From Elusimicrobiaceae bacterium (GTDB lineage Bacteria > Elusimicrobiota > Elusimicrobia > Elusimicrobiales > Elusimicrobiaceae), in assembly GCA_017468055.1 (NCBI GenBank), contig JAFUJU010000047.1, forward strand, positions 21,030 to 85,029: a DNA stretch of 64,000 nucleotides, in the 5' to 3' direction. The notes beneath the pieces were generated by a model. It was not told the DNA's origin. It saw only the letters and a program-made list of their open reading frames with translations, and did no database searches. Position numbers and translations under genes: made by a program. Position 1 is the stretch's first letter; every line of letters begins with the position of its first letter. Positions 12,806 through 27,067 of the stretch are shown in pieces.

Positions 12806-13639
12806 TTATCCTCCAAAATCATAATTATAGGATTCCGCATTTTGCATATTATAACCGGCATATTCTTCCATATTTGCACCACGGCGCGCCATAAATTCTA
12901 TGGCTAACTGAATATAGGCATTCGCACCGCGGCAGGCAGGCTCATAATCAAAAATAGATTGCCCAAAGCTGGGCGCCTCCGCTAAACGGATATTGCGCGG
13001 AATGGGAGTTTTATAAATCTTTTCACCAAAAAAGCGACTCACCTCTGCAAATACTTGGCGAGAAAGATTCATGCGATTGTCATACATGGTTAAAATACCG
13101 CCATCCAGCTTTAAGTTACTATTTAAAAATTGTTTAATTTTATGAATAGTCCCCATAAAATGAGCCAAACCTTCCATCGCATAAAACTCGCATTGTACCG
13201 GAGTGATTACGCTATCGGCCGCCATCAAGGCATTTAATGTCAGCAGACCCAAAGAAGGAGGACAATCAATAATAATGTATTTATACATCTTGCGCAAAGG
13301 AGCCAGCGCTTCTTTAAGCATATTTTCACGACCACGAACGTTGACCAACTCTACTTCCGCCCCTGCCAGATGCTTGCAAGTTGGAATAACATCTAACATT
13401 TCATTAGATGTTTGTTTGATTACCTCTTCAAAAGAAGCATTTTTTGTGAGAAGATGATAAACAGATTTTTCTCCCTCTGCTACCGTAATACCCAGACCGG
13501 AGCCGGCATTTCCTTGCGGATCAAAATCAATCAAAAGAACTTCTTGATCTAAATGAGCCAAGGCATAAGCTAGGTTAATAGCGGTGGTTGTTTTTCCAAC
13601 ACCGCCTTTCTGATTTGCAATAGCGATTATTTCACCCAT
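12806..13639 (-). CDS. parA: Chromosome partitioning ATPase ParA/Soj
   Basis: KGGVGKTT deviant Walker A, DPQGN, IDCPPSLG. Confidence 0.96.
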   Translation of the reverse strand: MGEIIAIANQKGGVGKTTTAINLAYALAHLDQEVLLIDFDPQGNAGSGLGITVAEGEKSVYHLLTKNASFEEVIKQTSNEMLDVIPTCKHLAGAEVELVNVRGRENMLKEALAPLRKMYKYIIIDCPPSLGLLTLNALMAADSVITPVQCEFYAMEGLAHFMGTIHKIKQFLNSNLKLDGGILTMYDNRMNLSRQVFAEVSRFFGEKIYKTPIPRNIRLAEAPSFGQSIFDYEPACRGANAYIQLAIEFMARRGANMEEYAGYNMQNAESYNYDFGG

Positions 13640-13692
13640 AAATCCTCCATAAAGATATTAAATCATAAAAACAAAATAAAAGCAAGGGCTTA

Positions 13693-13708
13693 GTTTTCAC
13701 GTGAAAAC
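13693..13708. promoter_or_regulatory. parS-like perfect 16-bp palindrome
   Basis: GTTTTCACGTGAAAAC upstream of parA. Shares the TTTCACGTGAAA core with canonical parS. Confidence 0.8.
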
Positions 13709-13744
13709 AAAACAGGTTTTGTTTCCATAAAACCTGTTGAAAGC

Positions 13745-13763
13745 TGTGGATAAGTTATCCACA
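13745..13763. promoter_or_regulatory. Inverted pair of perfect DnaA boxes
   Basis: TGTGGATAA-g-TTATCCACA between lepB and parA. Confidence 0.75.
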
Positions 13764-13787
13764 AAGAAATTTTCTCCTATACAAATT

Positions 13788-14768
13788 TTATTTTACAAGG
13801 CGAATTCGCTTTAAAGGCCAGTGGATAAACCAAACCGTTCCTTTAATATTTTTTCTGGGAACAGGACCCCAAAAACGGGAATCACAAGAATTGTCTCTGT
13901 TGTCTCCCATCGCAAAATATTGCCCTTGCGGCACAACAACCGGTCCAAAATTATCTCTTAAAGAAAGACCCAGTTCATGCTCCAATATTCTATTTTCCCA
14001 TAATTTTTGATATAAAGAAGGCTGAAAGTATTTATCGGATTCTAACCGTTTTACATCTTCATAACGTTCAAATCCTTGATTTGCAACCTCTTGATCATTC
14101 ACATAAAGTTTTGCATTTTTAACTTCCACTTTTTCTCCCGGAAGAGCAACCACTCTTTTTACATAGTCACGCCCATATTGATATCCTCCGCAGTTTATTT
14201 GATCTTTACTATCAGCAGGAAAAGAAAAAACAATAATATCTCCCTTCTTTATTTCATTAAATTCTAAAAAGCGAATTTGCGTAAAAGGAATTCTAAACCC
14301 GTAGGCTGCTTTATTTACAAACAAATGATCTCCTATTAATAAGGTATCCTGCATAGAGGCAGAAGGAATCTTGAATGCCTGAACAAAAAAGAACATAACA
14401 ATAGAAGCCACAAATCCGGCAAAATATACCGTATTAGCCCATTCCAAATCTGCTTTTATTAAAGGAGCCCTTTGCTCTTCCGTTTTCTTTTTAGCAGCAA
14501 AAAATCCATATATAGAAAGAGCTAATATAACAACAAAATAAATTATTTTCTTTACAGAAAATCCCTGATTAATAAAAGGATTTTCTGCTCCGCTACTCAT
14601 AATAAAATTTAAAATATAGTAGGCACAAGAAAGAATTAATAGCAAAAATGAAGCATGCCAAAAACCAAATTTATTTCCTGTTTCTAATCTCTTTTTGGCA
14701 AACATTTTTTTACTTATCCAAGAAAAAATATACATTATACAGGCTGCCACAAAAAGCCTTTGTTCCAT
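13788..14768 (-). CDS. lepB: Signal peptidase I with a multi-TM N-terminal extension
   Basis: IPSASM (Ser), DYVKRVV (Lys), GDNRDNSCDSRFWG. Confidence 0.93.
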   Translation of the reverse strand: MEQRLFVAACIMYIFSWISKKMFAKKRLETGNKFGFWHASFLLLILSCAYYILNFIMSSGAENPFINQGFSVKKIIYFVVILALSIYGFFAAKKKTEEQRAPLIKADLEWANTVYFAGFVASIVMFFFVQAFKIPSASMQDTLLIGDHLFVNKAAYGFRIPFTQIRFLEFNEIKKGDIIVFSFPADSKDQINCGGYQYGRDYVKRVVALPGEKVEVKNAKLYVNDQEVANQGFERYEDVKRLESDKYFQPSLYQKLWENRILEHELGLSLRDNFGPVVVPQGQYFAMGDNRDNSCDSRFWGPVPRKNIKGTVWFIHWPLKRIRLVK

Positions 14769-14779
14769 AAATACTCCTT

Positions 14780-14795
14780 GTTTTCACGTGAAAAC
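14780..14795. promoter_or_regulatory. parS-like perfect 16-bp palindrome
   Basis: GTTTTCACGTGAAAAC in the short gap between the glycosyltransferase and lepB. Confidence 0.8.
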
Positions 14796-15898
14796 TATTT
14801 AATTTCTTTGTAAAGGTTTAGATAATTTTCTTCTGAAGAAGAATAAAATTTCTTAATTTTTTTTCTGGAAACAACACCCATTTCTTTTCTGAGCGATTTA
14901 TTTTGACACATTTCTGCCATTAAAACACTTAATAAAACAGGATCGGTCCCATTAAACACAAAACCATTTTCTCCATGTCGGACCACAAGAGGCATATCTC
15001 CTACTTTACTAACAATAGCAGGTAACATGCACGAACAAGCCTCTAATAAAGAAATAGGCAAACTCTCTTCTAAAGATGGCAATACAAAAACATCAGAAGC
15101 TAACAAATAAGGATATACATTACTTACTTCTCCTACAAAACAAACATCTTTTTCTAAATGTCTTTGATATGCAAATTCCTTCAAATTCGCATTTTCCGGA
15201 CCGTCCCCTACTAAGATTAACCCAATTCTTGGATTTTTGGCTTTTACGGCCGAAAAACTTTCTAATAATAATTGATGATTTTTTTTAGCAGATAATCTGG
15301 CAATACAGACAAATAAAGTATCTTGTGGAGAAAATCCTAATTTTTCACGGGTTTTGCGGGCCAAGTCACCATTTGGTGTAAAAAATGCGGTATTAACTCC
15401 GTTTAACATCAAACGGACTTTTTCCTTTTTATATCTTTGTTTTTGTATTAAAAAATCCGCAGTGGATTGGGATTCGGCACAGCTAATATCGTCCATATCT
15501 TTTAATCCCCGATCCCAAAGGCGTAAAAACCAGCCTTTTTTTGACAAATCGTAATGAGGGGTAGTAATGAGTTTAAATGGTATTTTTTTCTTGGCAGAGC
15601 GGCAAAATTGGATAGCTCTAAATAATACGGCATGAACGATATCCGGACTAAAATTCTTTATTTCCTGCAATAAGCGGGCAAAAACCCCTGCATTTTCAAG
15701 CAGTCTCAGTTTTCCTTTTAATTCAAAAGAGACAATATCCAAACCTCGGGAACGCATATCTTTTCCGACGGAACCCAAAGGTTTTAAGGATATTATTTTT
15801 ACTTCATGACCGGCTTCTGCAGCAGCCAAAGCTAAGGCTTTTAATGCCGTTTCTGCACCGCCCATATCTGTAGAAGTAGAAACATAAAGAATTTTCAT
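14795..15898 (-). CDS. GT4 family glycosyltransferase
   Basis: GGAE N-terminal motif and DVFVLPSLEESLPISLLEA (EX7E). Confidence 0.9.
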   Translation of the reverse strand: MKILYVSTSTDMGGAETALKALALAAAEAGHEVKIISLKPLGSVGKDMRSRGLDIVSFELKGKLRLLENAGVFARLLQEIKNFSPDIVHAVLFRAIQFCRSAKKKIPFKLITTPHYDLSKKGWFLRLWDRGLKDMDDISCAESQSTADFLIQKQRYKKEKVRLMLNGVNTAFFTPNGDLARKTREKLGFSPQDTLFVCIARLSAKKNHQLLLESFSAVKAKNPRIGLILVGDGPENANLKEFAYQRHLEKDVCFVGEVSNVYPYLLASDVFVLPSLEESLPISLLEACSCMLPAIVSKVGDMPLVVRHGENGFVFNGTDPVLLSVLMAEMCQNKSLRKEMGVVSRKKIKKFYSSSEENYLNLYKEIK

Positions 15899-16207
15899 GT
15901 ACTTATTATAGCAAAGTTACATTCCGATACTCTTGCATATAATGCATAAAAAACACTTGTTTTGGATACGAAAAAATATATCTTAAAAAAAGGGAACTAT
16001 GAAAAAAATGATATATAGCATCTGTATGTGTTTATTTTTTTCCGGTTGTATGTTTTATACAAATGGATATTAAAATTTAATAGATTCTTTTTTTTCCTAT
16101 TTTTCTCATACAAAAAACAATAAATAAAGAAAAACCTCTCTGCTTATTTTAGAGTTTATTCCTTGGTTTTTTTGTACTTCAGTTCCGGATAATAAACTGC
16201 AAACTAT

Positions 16208-16247
16208 AGAAAAAGCACAAAACAATATAATGTTTTGTGCTTTTTTC
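16208..16247 (-). terminator. Intrinsic terminator after rubredoxin
   Basis: AAAAAGCACAAAACA-atataa-TGTTTTGTGCTTTTT. Confidence 0.7.
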
Positions 16248-16265
16248 TACGAATAATATTGAGAA

Positions 16266-16424
16266 TTATTCGGCAGGTTTAAATTGGTCTTTACCTACGC
16301 CACAGACGGGGCAAGTCCAATCCGCCGGTAAGTTTTCAAAAGAAGTTCCTGCCGCTATATTGTGCATGACATCTCCTTCTGCCGGATCATAAGTATAACC
16401 ACAAATTTCACACGTATATTTCAT
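16266..16424 (-). CDS. Rubredoxin (52 aa, not in the ORF track)
   Basis: Manual translation [52 protein letters not shown] has two CxxC motifs. GGAGGA RBS upstream. Confidence 0.95.
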   Translation of the reverse strand: MKYTCEICGYTYDPAEGDVMHNIAAGTSFENLPADWTCPVCGVGKDQFKPAE

Positions 16425-16441
16425 AAACTTTCCTCCAATAT

Positions 16442-16951
16442 TTAAAGATGCGTTGCCCCTTTAGGAGCTTTGCCTTTAATCACTTTATGATAGTATTCAT
16501 ACGTTAAAGGTTCTTGGCCGGAAGTCATGCATTTTGCATCTTGTACCGTACCGACAAATAACGTATGAGTCCCCACATCTACTTCTTTTTCTACTTTTAC
16601 TTCTAAAAAACTAAGCGTATGTTCTTGAATTAGCGGTGCCCCTAATATACCGCGGGTTATTTTAATTCCTTCAAATTTATTAAAATTACGCCCACTACGA
16701 AAACCAAATCTACCAATAAAAGTAAGATCTGTTTTTTGTTCCAGAGGCATCGCCGCAAAAACATGGCTCTTTTGAATAATCTCATGGGTCAAACATTCCT
16801 TATTGACGGAAATAGCCACTTTTGCCGGTTCTGCACTTACCTGAAAAACTGTGTTTACAATCATAGCACTATCTTTTTCTTCAAAAGAAGAAGTCACTAT
16901 GTATAAACCGTAGGTGATGCAATTTAATCCGTCAATAATTTGCTGATCCAT
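16442..16951 (-). CDS. Flavin reductase-like protein (HMW-rubredoxin N-terminal domain type)
   Basis: [31 protein letters not shown] motifs. Confidence 0.85.
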   Translation of the reverse strand: MDQQIIDGLNCITYGLYIVTSSFEEKDSAMIVNTVFQVSAEPAKVAISVNKECLTHEIIQKSHVFAAMPLEQKTDLTFIGRFGFRSGRNFNKFEGIKITRGILGAPLIQEHTLSFLEVKVEKEVDVGTHTLFVGTVQDAKCMTSGQEPLTYEYYHKVIKGKAPKGATHL

Positions 16952-16960
16952 ACAGAATAC

Positions 16961-18154
16961 CTATTTTAATTTTTCTGCAATTTTTTGACTGACGGTAAGG
17001 CCTAATTGTCTGCATTGTTGTAAAACCTCTGCATTGGGAACAAATTTAGAGCTTACCACCGGTGCCACTTGCTCTACTTTCATAGCTTTCAGCATTTCGG
17101 CTAAAGAATTGACGGGAGCCGGATTCCATCCGTAAGAACCGAAAGCACCGCCAACTAAATTTTTCTTTTTTAAACCTTTTAAATAGCACAGTACATCTGC
17201 CATTGCCGGAAAAATTTCGGAATTTAACACCGGAGAACCAATAATTAAACCACTGCTGTCTAATAATTCCGTTACTACATCGCTACGGTGACAAGAGTGC
17301 ATAGACATAAGCTTTACTTCTGTGCCGCCCTCTCTTAAACCATCGGCAATGTATTCTGCCATTTTTTGTGTGCTTCCCCACATTGTGTCGTACACAACAA
17401 CAGCTTTGTTTTTAGGAGCTTGTGCCGCCCATTTGGCATATAAATTGATAATTTTGGAAGGATCCTTTCTCCAAATAAATCCATGATCCGGAGCAATAAT
17501 TTTAGGAGAAAGACCCATTTTGGTAACCGTATCCAAAAAGCGCAATACGATATCGGAATAAGGTAAAACAATATTGGCATAATATTTTTCCGCTTCGTAA
17601 AGCCAATCTATCTCATTATTTTCATCATCAAACAATTTGCTGGTAGCATAGTGCATTCCGAATACATCATTGGTGAAAAGTATATTTTCTTTTTCTAAAT
17701 AAGAAAACATACTATCCGGCCAGTGTAGCATTCTGGCTTCCACAAAAGAAATCGTGTCTCCGCCCACGTCTATTTTATCTCCGGTTTTTACTACTTTCAT
17801 TTCAAAATCAGGATAAAGCTGAGCACTTAAATCCACGTGTCCCATATCGGAGCAATAAACTTCTTCCGGTTGTACAGCGGCCACTGTTTCGGGTAAAGCA
17901 CCGGAGTGATCCATTTCGGAATGGTTGGAAATAATAATTTTAATTTTTTTTGGATCAATAACACTTTGAATACGTGCCATCATTTCCGGATAAAATTCTT
18001 TCTTAACAGTATCAATTAATGTAGGTTTTTCGCTTAAAATCAAAAAAGCATTATAGGTAGTACCTTGTTTAGTAGAATAACCGTGAAAATCACGAATATT
18101 CCAATCTATAGCTCCTACCCAATATACTTTATCTGTAATTTTAACTGCCTTCAT
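16961..18154 (-). CDS. fprA: Flavodiiron protein (FprA/ROO, O2/NO reductase)
   Basis: GTTYNAF, HSEMDH, HWPDSM and APDHG di-iron ligands plus a flavodoxin domain. Confidence 0.93.
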   Translation of the reverse strand: MKAVKITDKVYWVGAIDWNIRDFHGYSTKQGTTYNAFLILSEKPTLIDTVKKEFYPEMMARIQSVIDPKKIKIIISNHSEMDHSGALPETVAAVQPEEVYCSDMGHVDLSAQLYPDFEMKVVKTGDKIDVGGDTISFVEARMLHWPDSMFSYLEKENILFTNDVFGMHYATSKLFDDENNEIDWLYEAEKYYANIVLPYSDIVLRFLDTVTKMGLSPKIIAPDHGFIWRKDPSKIINLYAKWAAQAPKNKAVVVYDTMWGSTQKMAEYIADGLREGGTEVKLMSMHSCHRSDVVTELLDSSGLIIGSPVLNSEIFPAMADVLCYLKGLKKKNLVGGAFGSYGWNPAPVNSLAEMLKAMKVEQVAPVVSSKFVPNAEVLQQCRQLGLTVSQKIAEKLK

Positions 18155-18200
18155 AAATTCTCCTTAATACAAATTTTTACTTTTTCGTACATACGGTATA

Positions 18201-18584
18201 TTAAATATCCTTATTCCATAACCCATGGATATTGCAATATTCACGGGCAGTCACTTTTTCAGCATTACACAAAAAAATCGCTTCCGGTTTTTCTCCGGGT
18301 TTTAAATGTTGACGGTACACTTTACCATCCTCTGTTATTAATTCTATCCATTCTATATAGTGCACGTCAATCATTGGATGTTCCACTTCTCCTACTTTTA
18401 CTTTATATCCACCTTCTATTTTTTCTATAACGGGAATATGTTTTTCAGTAGCAGCCTCCACCGTAGCCGGTAATTGATTTACCATCGGTTTTCCGCAACA
18501 AAACATTTCTGCTTTTCCGCCATGTACTACTTCCGTAATATTCCCACAAACATTACATTTATATATTTCATGAAGACTCGGCAT
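18201..18584 (-). CDS. dfx: Desulfoferrodoxin / superoxide reductase
   Basis: CNVCGN...CCGKPM, EKHIP, HPM...HYIEWI, CNIHGLW. Confidence 0.95.
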   Translation of the reverse strand: MPSLHEIYKCNVCGNITEVVHGGKAEMFCCGKPMVNQLPATVEAATEKHIPVIEKIEGGYKVKVGEVEHPMIDVHYIEWIELITEDGKVYRQHLKPGEKPEAIFLCNAEKVTAREYCNIHGLWNKDI

Positions 18585-18865
18585 AATTTCCCCCTTTTTA
18601 ATTAAATAAGAATTTTTCTTATTTAATTATATCATATTTATTTCATTAAGTATTATAAATTTTATTTTAAAAATAAACAATCAATAAAATTAGACTAGAA
18701 AAATATAAAATTTTTTGTGGATAACTAAGCCTTTTATGTTTTTATCGTGTAAATTTAAAAAATAAAAGTTTTTCTGTTTTTTTAGGGTCAGGGTAGCCAA
18801 TTTTTAGAAAAATTAAAATTTTAGGGCTTTTTTGTGATTTAAAGCATAAAACAACATTTTTTTAG

Positions 18866-18894
18866 TTGACGTTAAGTTTTATAATTGATAAGAT
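18866..18894 (+). promoter_or_regulatory. Putative dnaA promoter
   Basis: TTGACG-17 bp-TAAGAT. A DnaA box TGTGGATAA lies at 18716-18724 and AGTGGATAA overlaps the GTG start. Confidence 0.5.
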
Positions 18895-18926
18895 TTAGTA
18901 TATATTATTTTTAGGCGGCATTTGAA

Positions 18927-20315
18927 GTGGATAATCTACAATCTAATGAGCTTTTAGCTCCTATTTTTAAAGAATTAGAAACAATTTTAAGCAAAGATAT
19001 CTATGATATGTGGATTCGTCCTGCTATATTTGAATTGGAAAATACAGATTTATCCATTCAATTACCCAATACTTTTTGGCAAAAAACAATACAAAACCGC
19101 TACGAAAATATTATTAAAGATGCTTTTTTAAAACATACCGGTTTAGAAATTACAGTTACTTATATCGTTAAAGAAGTAAAAGATCCTGTTCAGTCTATAT
19201 TGGAAGAAGCCCAACATACCTCCGTTTCAACACCGGCGGTATCTGTTACACCTGTCATTCGTAAAAATCCTTTTCCTTCCCGTTTAAATTCTCTTTATCA
19301 GTTTGAAAATTTTATAGAATCTCCTTCTAACCGTTTTGCTTACAAAGTTTCCCAAGCGGCGGCCAATAAATTAGGGGACCGTTCTCATAATCCTTTATTT
19401 ATTTATTCCACTCCGGGACTCGGGAAAACACATTTATTACATGCTATCGGAAACCAAATTCTTAAAAATAATCCGGGGGCAAAAGTGCTTTATATGTCTG
19501 CGGAAGAATTTGTAGCGGAATATGTGGAAGCTATTCAATACAGCGCAACGGAAAATTTTAGAAAAAAATACCGTTCTTTGGACTGTTTATTAATGGATGA
19601 TATTCAGTTTGTAGCCGGAAAATCCGACAAAGTAAGTGTACAAGAATTTTTCCACACATTTAATGCTTTATTTGAAAGCAGCAAACAAATAGTCTTATCA
19701 TCAGACAGAACCCCCCAACAATTAGACTTGGACGAACGTCTTTCGTCCCGTCTGTTATCAGGGCCGACTTGCGAAATTAAAAAACCTTATTTTGAAGCGC
19801 GTATTGCTATTTTACGTCAGAAAAGAGATTCTATTAATTTTGATATCGGAGATGACGTTTTAGCTTTTATCGCGGAAGGAATTCAAACCAATATCAGAGA
19901 ATTAGAAGGGGCTTTATTTAGACTCATGTCTTACTGTGATATGCATGGAGTAATCCCTACTATAGCGATTGCGAAAGAATTATTAGCCGATATTTTAACC
20001 CAAGAAGAAAAACGTCTGGCCGTTAATATACATACGATAAAAAAAATCGTCGGAAAACATTTTAAAATAGAAATTGAAGATTTTAGTTCCAAACGTAAAA
20101 TGCAATCTATTGCATGGCCCCGCCAAATTGCTATTTATTTAACAACCGCTTTAACGGATATGTCTTTATCCGAAATCGGCCGCGAATTTAATAGAGATCA
20201 TAGTACGGTTGTCCACGCCAGAGATTTAGTAAAAGAAAAAATAAAAAACGATCCTTTTTTTGCAGCTGAGATCAATCAAATATTAAGCGATATTAAAGCT
20301 GTGGATAATAAATAG
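18927..20315 (+). CDS. dnaA: Chromosomal replication initiator DnaA
   Basis: NPLFIY..GLGKTHL, DDIQF, RELEGA, RDHSTV motifs; GTG start. Confidence 0.97.
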   Translation: MDNLQSNELLAPIFKELETILSKDIYDMWIRPAIFELENTDLSIQLPNTFWQKTIQNRYENIIKDAFLKHTGLEITVTYIVKEVKDPVQSILEEAQHTSVSTPAVSVTPVIRKNPFPSRLNSLYQFENFIESPSNRFAYKVSQAAANKLGDRSHNPLFIYSTPGLGKTHLLHAIGNQILKNNPGAKVLYMSAEEFVAEYVEAIQYSATENFRKKYRSLDCLLMDDIQFVAGKSDKVSVQEFFHTFNALFESSKQIVLSSDRTPQQLDLDERLSSRLLSGPTCEIKKPYFEARIAILRQKRDSINFDIGDDVLAFIAEGIQTNIRELEGALFRLMSYCDMHGVIPTIAIAKELLADILTQEEKRLAVNIHTIKKIVGKHFKIEIEDFSSKRKMQSIAWPRQIAIYLTTALTDMSLSEIGREFNRDHSTVVHARDLVKEKIKNDPFFAAEINQILSDIKAVDNK

Positions 20316-20486
20316 AAAAAGTGGATAAATTGGGGATAAAAAATAAAATTCGTGTGCATATATAAAATGATTGTTTATATTGGGGATAAAAAAAAGAACT
20401 TATAAACAAATAACCAAACAGATTTGTATAGGTAAATAAACAAAATCCACACTATCAACAGGATATATAATAGGAATAATAAGAAT
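20300..20486. other. Replication origin oriC (dnaA-dnaN intergenic)
   Basis: DnaA-box cluster (TGTGGATAA 20300, AGTGGATAA 20320, TGGGGATAA 20331 and 20381, tandem AAATCCACA/CTATCAACA 20443-20460) followed by an AT-rich trio-like tract. Gene orientation switches around this locus. Confidence 0.8.
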
Positions 20487-21595
20487 ATGAAAATAAATAT
20501 TACTAAAGAAACTCTTTTGGAAGGTATTCAGGTTATTTCTGCAGGATCTTCTTCCCGCACTACTTTGCCTATTCTGCATAACTTTTTGATTGAAACGCAG
20601 GAGAACAAATTAAAATTAGTCCGCACGGATATGGAAATGGCCACCGTACATTATATTCCCGCTGAAATAGAAGAAGCCGGAAGTTTGACGGTTCCCATGA
20701 AAGAGTTTTCCGATATTATCAAAAATCTTCCCGACGGAAAAGAAATCAATCTTTTTACGGGGGAAAACAATAAATTTCATATTAAATCCGGAAAAAGTAA
20801 ATTTTGGGTCATCGGTACTCCCAAATCAGAATATCCTGCCATTCCCGAAATTGAAAAAACAGGTAGCGTTACCTTAAGTCCTATTGCCTTACAACAAATG
20901 ATTGATAAAACAGCTTTTTCTGCTTCTACGCAGGAAACCCGTTATATCTTAAACGGTCTTTTGTGGAATAATACAGCAGAAAAATTTGAAGTGGTAGCCA
21001 CAGATGGTGGACGTTTGGCAGTGGCTTCTCATGCGGCTTTGCCCGAATCCGGTGAGTTTAAAATTATTATTCCTACTAAAATATTAAATGAAGTAGTGCG
21101 TTTTATTTCTTTATCTAAACCGGATAAAGATACACTTATTCATGTGAATGTAGCTTCTAATCAAGTAAGTTTTCAAATGAATGAAACTACTTTTATATCC
21201 CGTTTAATAGAAGGTAATTTTCCGAATTATAAACAAGTAATTCCGAGTAAGAAAAATATTTCTTTTGAAATTTTTACCAAAGAGTTATTAGCTTCCACCC
21301 GCAGAGCGGCCTTATGCTCCGGTGAATTTGGAAGTACGGTGAAATTTCATATAGAAGAAAATGTGATGACTATTTCCTCCACTTCTCAAAATATGGAATT
21401 CTCAGACGAATTACCCATTGAATATACACAAGAAGCTTTTGATTGTGCCTTTAATCCTCAATACATTATTGATGTTTTAAAGAATGTAGGAAGTGAAAAA
21501 GTAACTTTCTCCTTCGTAAATGCTTCTCAACCCGTGTTGATTGAGCCTGTAAATAACGAAGAATTGAAATATGTCATTATGCCGGTGAGGATTTA

Positions 21596-21596
<1 letters not shown>
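20487..21596 (+). CDS. dnaN: DNA polymerase III beta clamp
   Basis: RYILNG, VATDGGRLA, SRLIEGNFPNY, VIMPVR motifs. Confidence 0.96.
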
Positions 21597-24374
<2,778 letters not shown>

Positions 24375-24436
24375 TCAAACCCCGCTCTTTGGGGCGGGGA
24401 GAAAGATTTTAAACGTTTTACAGGAGCTTATAAACC

Positions 24437-26953
24437 ATGAGCGAAGAATTGACGGGCGCGGCACAAGAGCCGCAACAAACGAACGTAGATTTATTTGGCA
24501 ATATTCAGCAACGTGATATCGCACACGAAATGCGTTCTTATTACATTGATTATGCCATGAGCGTAATCGTGGGGCGTGCTTTGCCGGACGTGCGTGACGG
24601 TTTAAAACCGGTACACCGCCGTGTGCTTTATTCCATGAACGAAATGGGTTTAAAATACAACAAACCCTACAAAAAATCCGCCCGTGTGGTGGGTGATGTG
24701 CTCGGTAAATATCACCCGCACGGTGATACGGCTGTATATGATACGTTGGTACGTTTGGCGCAAGACTTCTCTATTCGCCAACCGCTGGTGGACGGACAGG
24801 GGAACTTCGGTTCTATTGACGGGGACTCTGCCGCCGCTATGCGTTATACTGAATGTCGTTTACAGAAAATTTCCGATGAAATGTTAAACGACTTAGATAA
24901 AGATACCGTCAAGATGATTCCTAACTATGACGGATCTTTGTTAGAGCCGTCCGTCTTGCCGGCCAAAGTGCCTGCTTTGCTGGTCAATGGTTCTTCCGGT
25001 ATTGCCGTAGGTATGGCCACCAATATCCCCACTCACAACTTGGGGGAAGTGTGCGACGGAATTATTGAATACATTAAAAATCCGGCTATTACCACCAAAG
25101 AAATGATGAAAATCATCAAAGGGCCGGACTTTCCGACGGGTGCTATTATTCGCGGAACCAGAGGTATTTACGAATATTTTGAAACCGGTCGCGGTAGTGT
25201 AAAAGTACAAGCCACCACTGAAATTGAAGAAAGAAAAGGCGGACGTGAAGCTATTGTAGTAACGGCTATTCCGTACATGGTCAACAAAACCTCTTTGATT
25301 GAAAGCATTGTCGGTTTAGTGCGTGACAAAAAGATTACCGATATTTCCGATATCCGTGACGAGTCGGACCGCCGCGGTATGCGCCTTGTTATTGAAGTAA
25401 AACGCGACGGAAATGCTCAAGTAGTGCTGAATCACTTATTTAAACATACGCAACTGCAAACTTCTTTTGCGGTGAACATGCTCGCGATTGTGGACGGTCG
25501 TCCGCGCATTTTGTCCTTAAAGGATGTGATGAAAGCCTATGTCAAACACCGCCAAGAAATTGTAACCAACCGTACGAAGTTTGACTTAAACAAAGCCATT
25601 CGCCGCGAACACATCTTGTCCGGCTTGCTTATTGCCATTGCCAACATGGACGAAGTAGTAGCCATCATCCGCTCTTCTCAAGATGTACCGACGGCTAAGC
25701 TGGCTTTAATGAACAAATTCAATCTTTCCGAAGTGCAAGCCCAAGCTATTTTGGATATGCGTTTGCACCAGCTGACCCAGTTATCCAGTGCCGCGATTGA
25801 ACAAGAACAAAAAGAATTGTTGAAACTGATTGCGGAATTGCAGGGTATTTTGGCTGATCCGCAGAAGATTTTGGATATTATCGTCAACGAACTGGCCGAA
25901 CTAAAGAAAAACTATGGGGACGAACGCCGCACGGAAATCGGTCCGGACATGACGGAATTCTCCATGGAAGATTTGATTGAAAAAGAAGATGTGGTTATCA
26001 CCATTTCTAACGACGGCTATGCCAAACGCATTCCGCTTTCTACTTACAAGAGCCAGAACCGCGGAGGAAAAGGTATCATCGGAGGAAAAACCAAAGAAGA
26101 AGATTTTATGGAACATTTGTTCATCACTTCTTCCCATGCCACCATCTTAATGTTTACCAACCGTGGCCGCGTGTTTGCCTTGCGTGCTTTTGAAATTCCG
26201 GAAGGTAACCGTATGTCCAAAGGTAAGGCCTTGGTCAATTTATTGCAACTTACCGGAGAAGAAAAAGTAACTTCTGCCGTGTCTATTGAGGATTTTGATC
26301 CTAAGAAACACGAAGGGGAAAAGGCTTATCTGACCATGTGTACCCGCATGGGCACCATTAAGCGTGTGGAGCTCTCTGAGTTTGCCAATATCCGCAAAAC
26401 GGGCATCATTGCCATTGGTTTGGAAGAAGGGGACGTTTTAATCAGCGTACAAATGACGTACGGTAATTCGGACATCATTGTAGCTACCAAAAACGGCAAA
26501 TCTATCCGCTTTGATGAAAACCAAGTGCGTGCGATGGGCCGCCCGGCTAAAGGGGTGCGCTCTATTTGCCTGCAAACCGATGACTTGGTGGTAGGTATGG
26601 AGCAAGTGCCTCAAGGCCAAGAACCGGACGTTCTTTCCGTCTGCGAAAACGGTTATGGAAAACGCACCGGCTTTGGCGAATACAGACGCCAACACCGTGG
26701 CGGTATGGGTGTCATTACCATTAAAACCACGGAACGCAACGGCGAAGTAGTAGGTATTAAGTTGGTAGATGAAAGCAAAGACTTAATGGTCGTGACCGAA
26801 AAAGGTATGACGATCCGTATTCGCTGTGAAGAGATCCGCTCCGTAGGACGTAATGCCCAAGGGGTACGTCTGGTGAAGCTGGAAGAGGGCGACAAGATTG
26901 CCCGTATCGCTCCCGTCGTAAAAGACGATGAAGAGCCGGAAGAAGATAAATAA
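24437..26953 (+). CDS. gyrA: DNA gyrase subunit A
   Basis: YHPHGD, AAMRYTE active-site Tyr, QNRGGKG GyrA-box. Confidence 0.98.
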   Translation: MSEELTGAAQEPQQTNVDLFGNIQQRDIAHEMRSYYIDYAMSVIVGRALPDVRDGLKPVHRRVLYSMNEMGLKYNKPYKKSARVVGDVLGKYHPHGDTAVYDTLVRLAQDFSIRQPLVDGQGNFGSIDGDSAAAMRYTECRLQKISDEMLNDLDKDTVKMIPNYDGSLLEPSVLPAKVPALLVNGSSGIAVGMATNIPTHNLGEVCDGIIEYIKNPAITTKEMMKIIKGPDFPTGAIIRGTRGIYEYFETGRGSVKVQATTEIEERKGGREAIVVTAIPYMVNKTSLIESIVGLVRDKKITDISDIRDESDRRGMRLVIEVKRDGNAQVVLNHLFKHTQLQTSFAVNMLAIVDGRPRILSLKDVMKAYVKHRQEIVTNRTKFDLNKAIRREHILSGLLIAIANMDEVVAIIRSSQDVPTAKLALMNKFNLSEVQAQAILDMRLHQLTQLSSAAIEQEQKELLKLIAELQGILADPQKILDIIVNELAELKKNYGDERRTEIGPDMTEFSMEDLIEKEDVVITISNDGYAKRIPLSTYKSQNRGGKGIIGGKTKEEDFMEHLFITSSHATILMFTNRGRVFALRAFEIPEGNRMSKGKALVNLLQLTGEEKVTSAVSIEDFDPKKHEGEKAYLTMCTRMGTIKRVELSEFANIRKTGIIAIGLEEGDVLISVQMTYGNSDIIVATKNGKSIRFDENQVRAMGRPAKGVRSICLQTDDLVVGMEQVPQGQEPDVLSVCENGYGKRTGFGEYRRQHRGGMGVITIKTTERNGEVVGIKLVDESKDLMVVTEKGMTIRIRCEEIRSVGRNAQGVRLVKLEEGDKIARIAPVVKDDEEPEEDK

Positions 26954-26963
26954 ACTCTTATTC

Positions 26964-26992
26964 AAAACCCCGACGAATACTCGGGGTTTTTT
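26964..26992 (+). terminator. Intrinsic terminator after gyrA
   Basis: AAAACCCCGA-cgaatac-TCGGGGTTTTTT. Confidence 0.82.
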
Positions 26993-27067
26993 AAGAAAAT
27001 TTTCTAATTCATAAAATAACTTTACAAGCTACTTTCAAAGTGCTATAAAGTAACTGGGGGAAAGATC

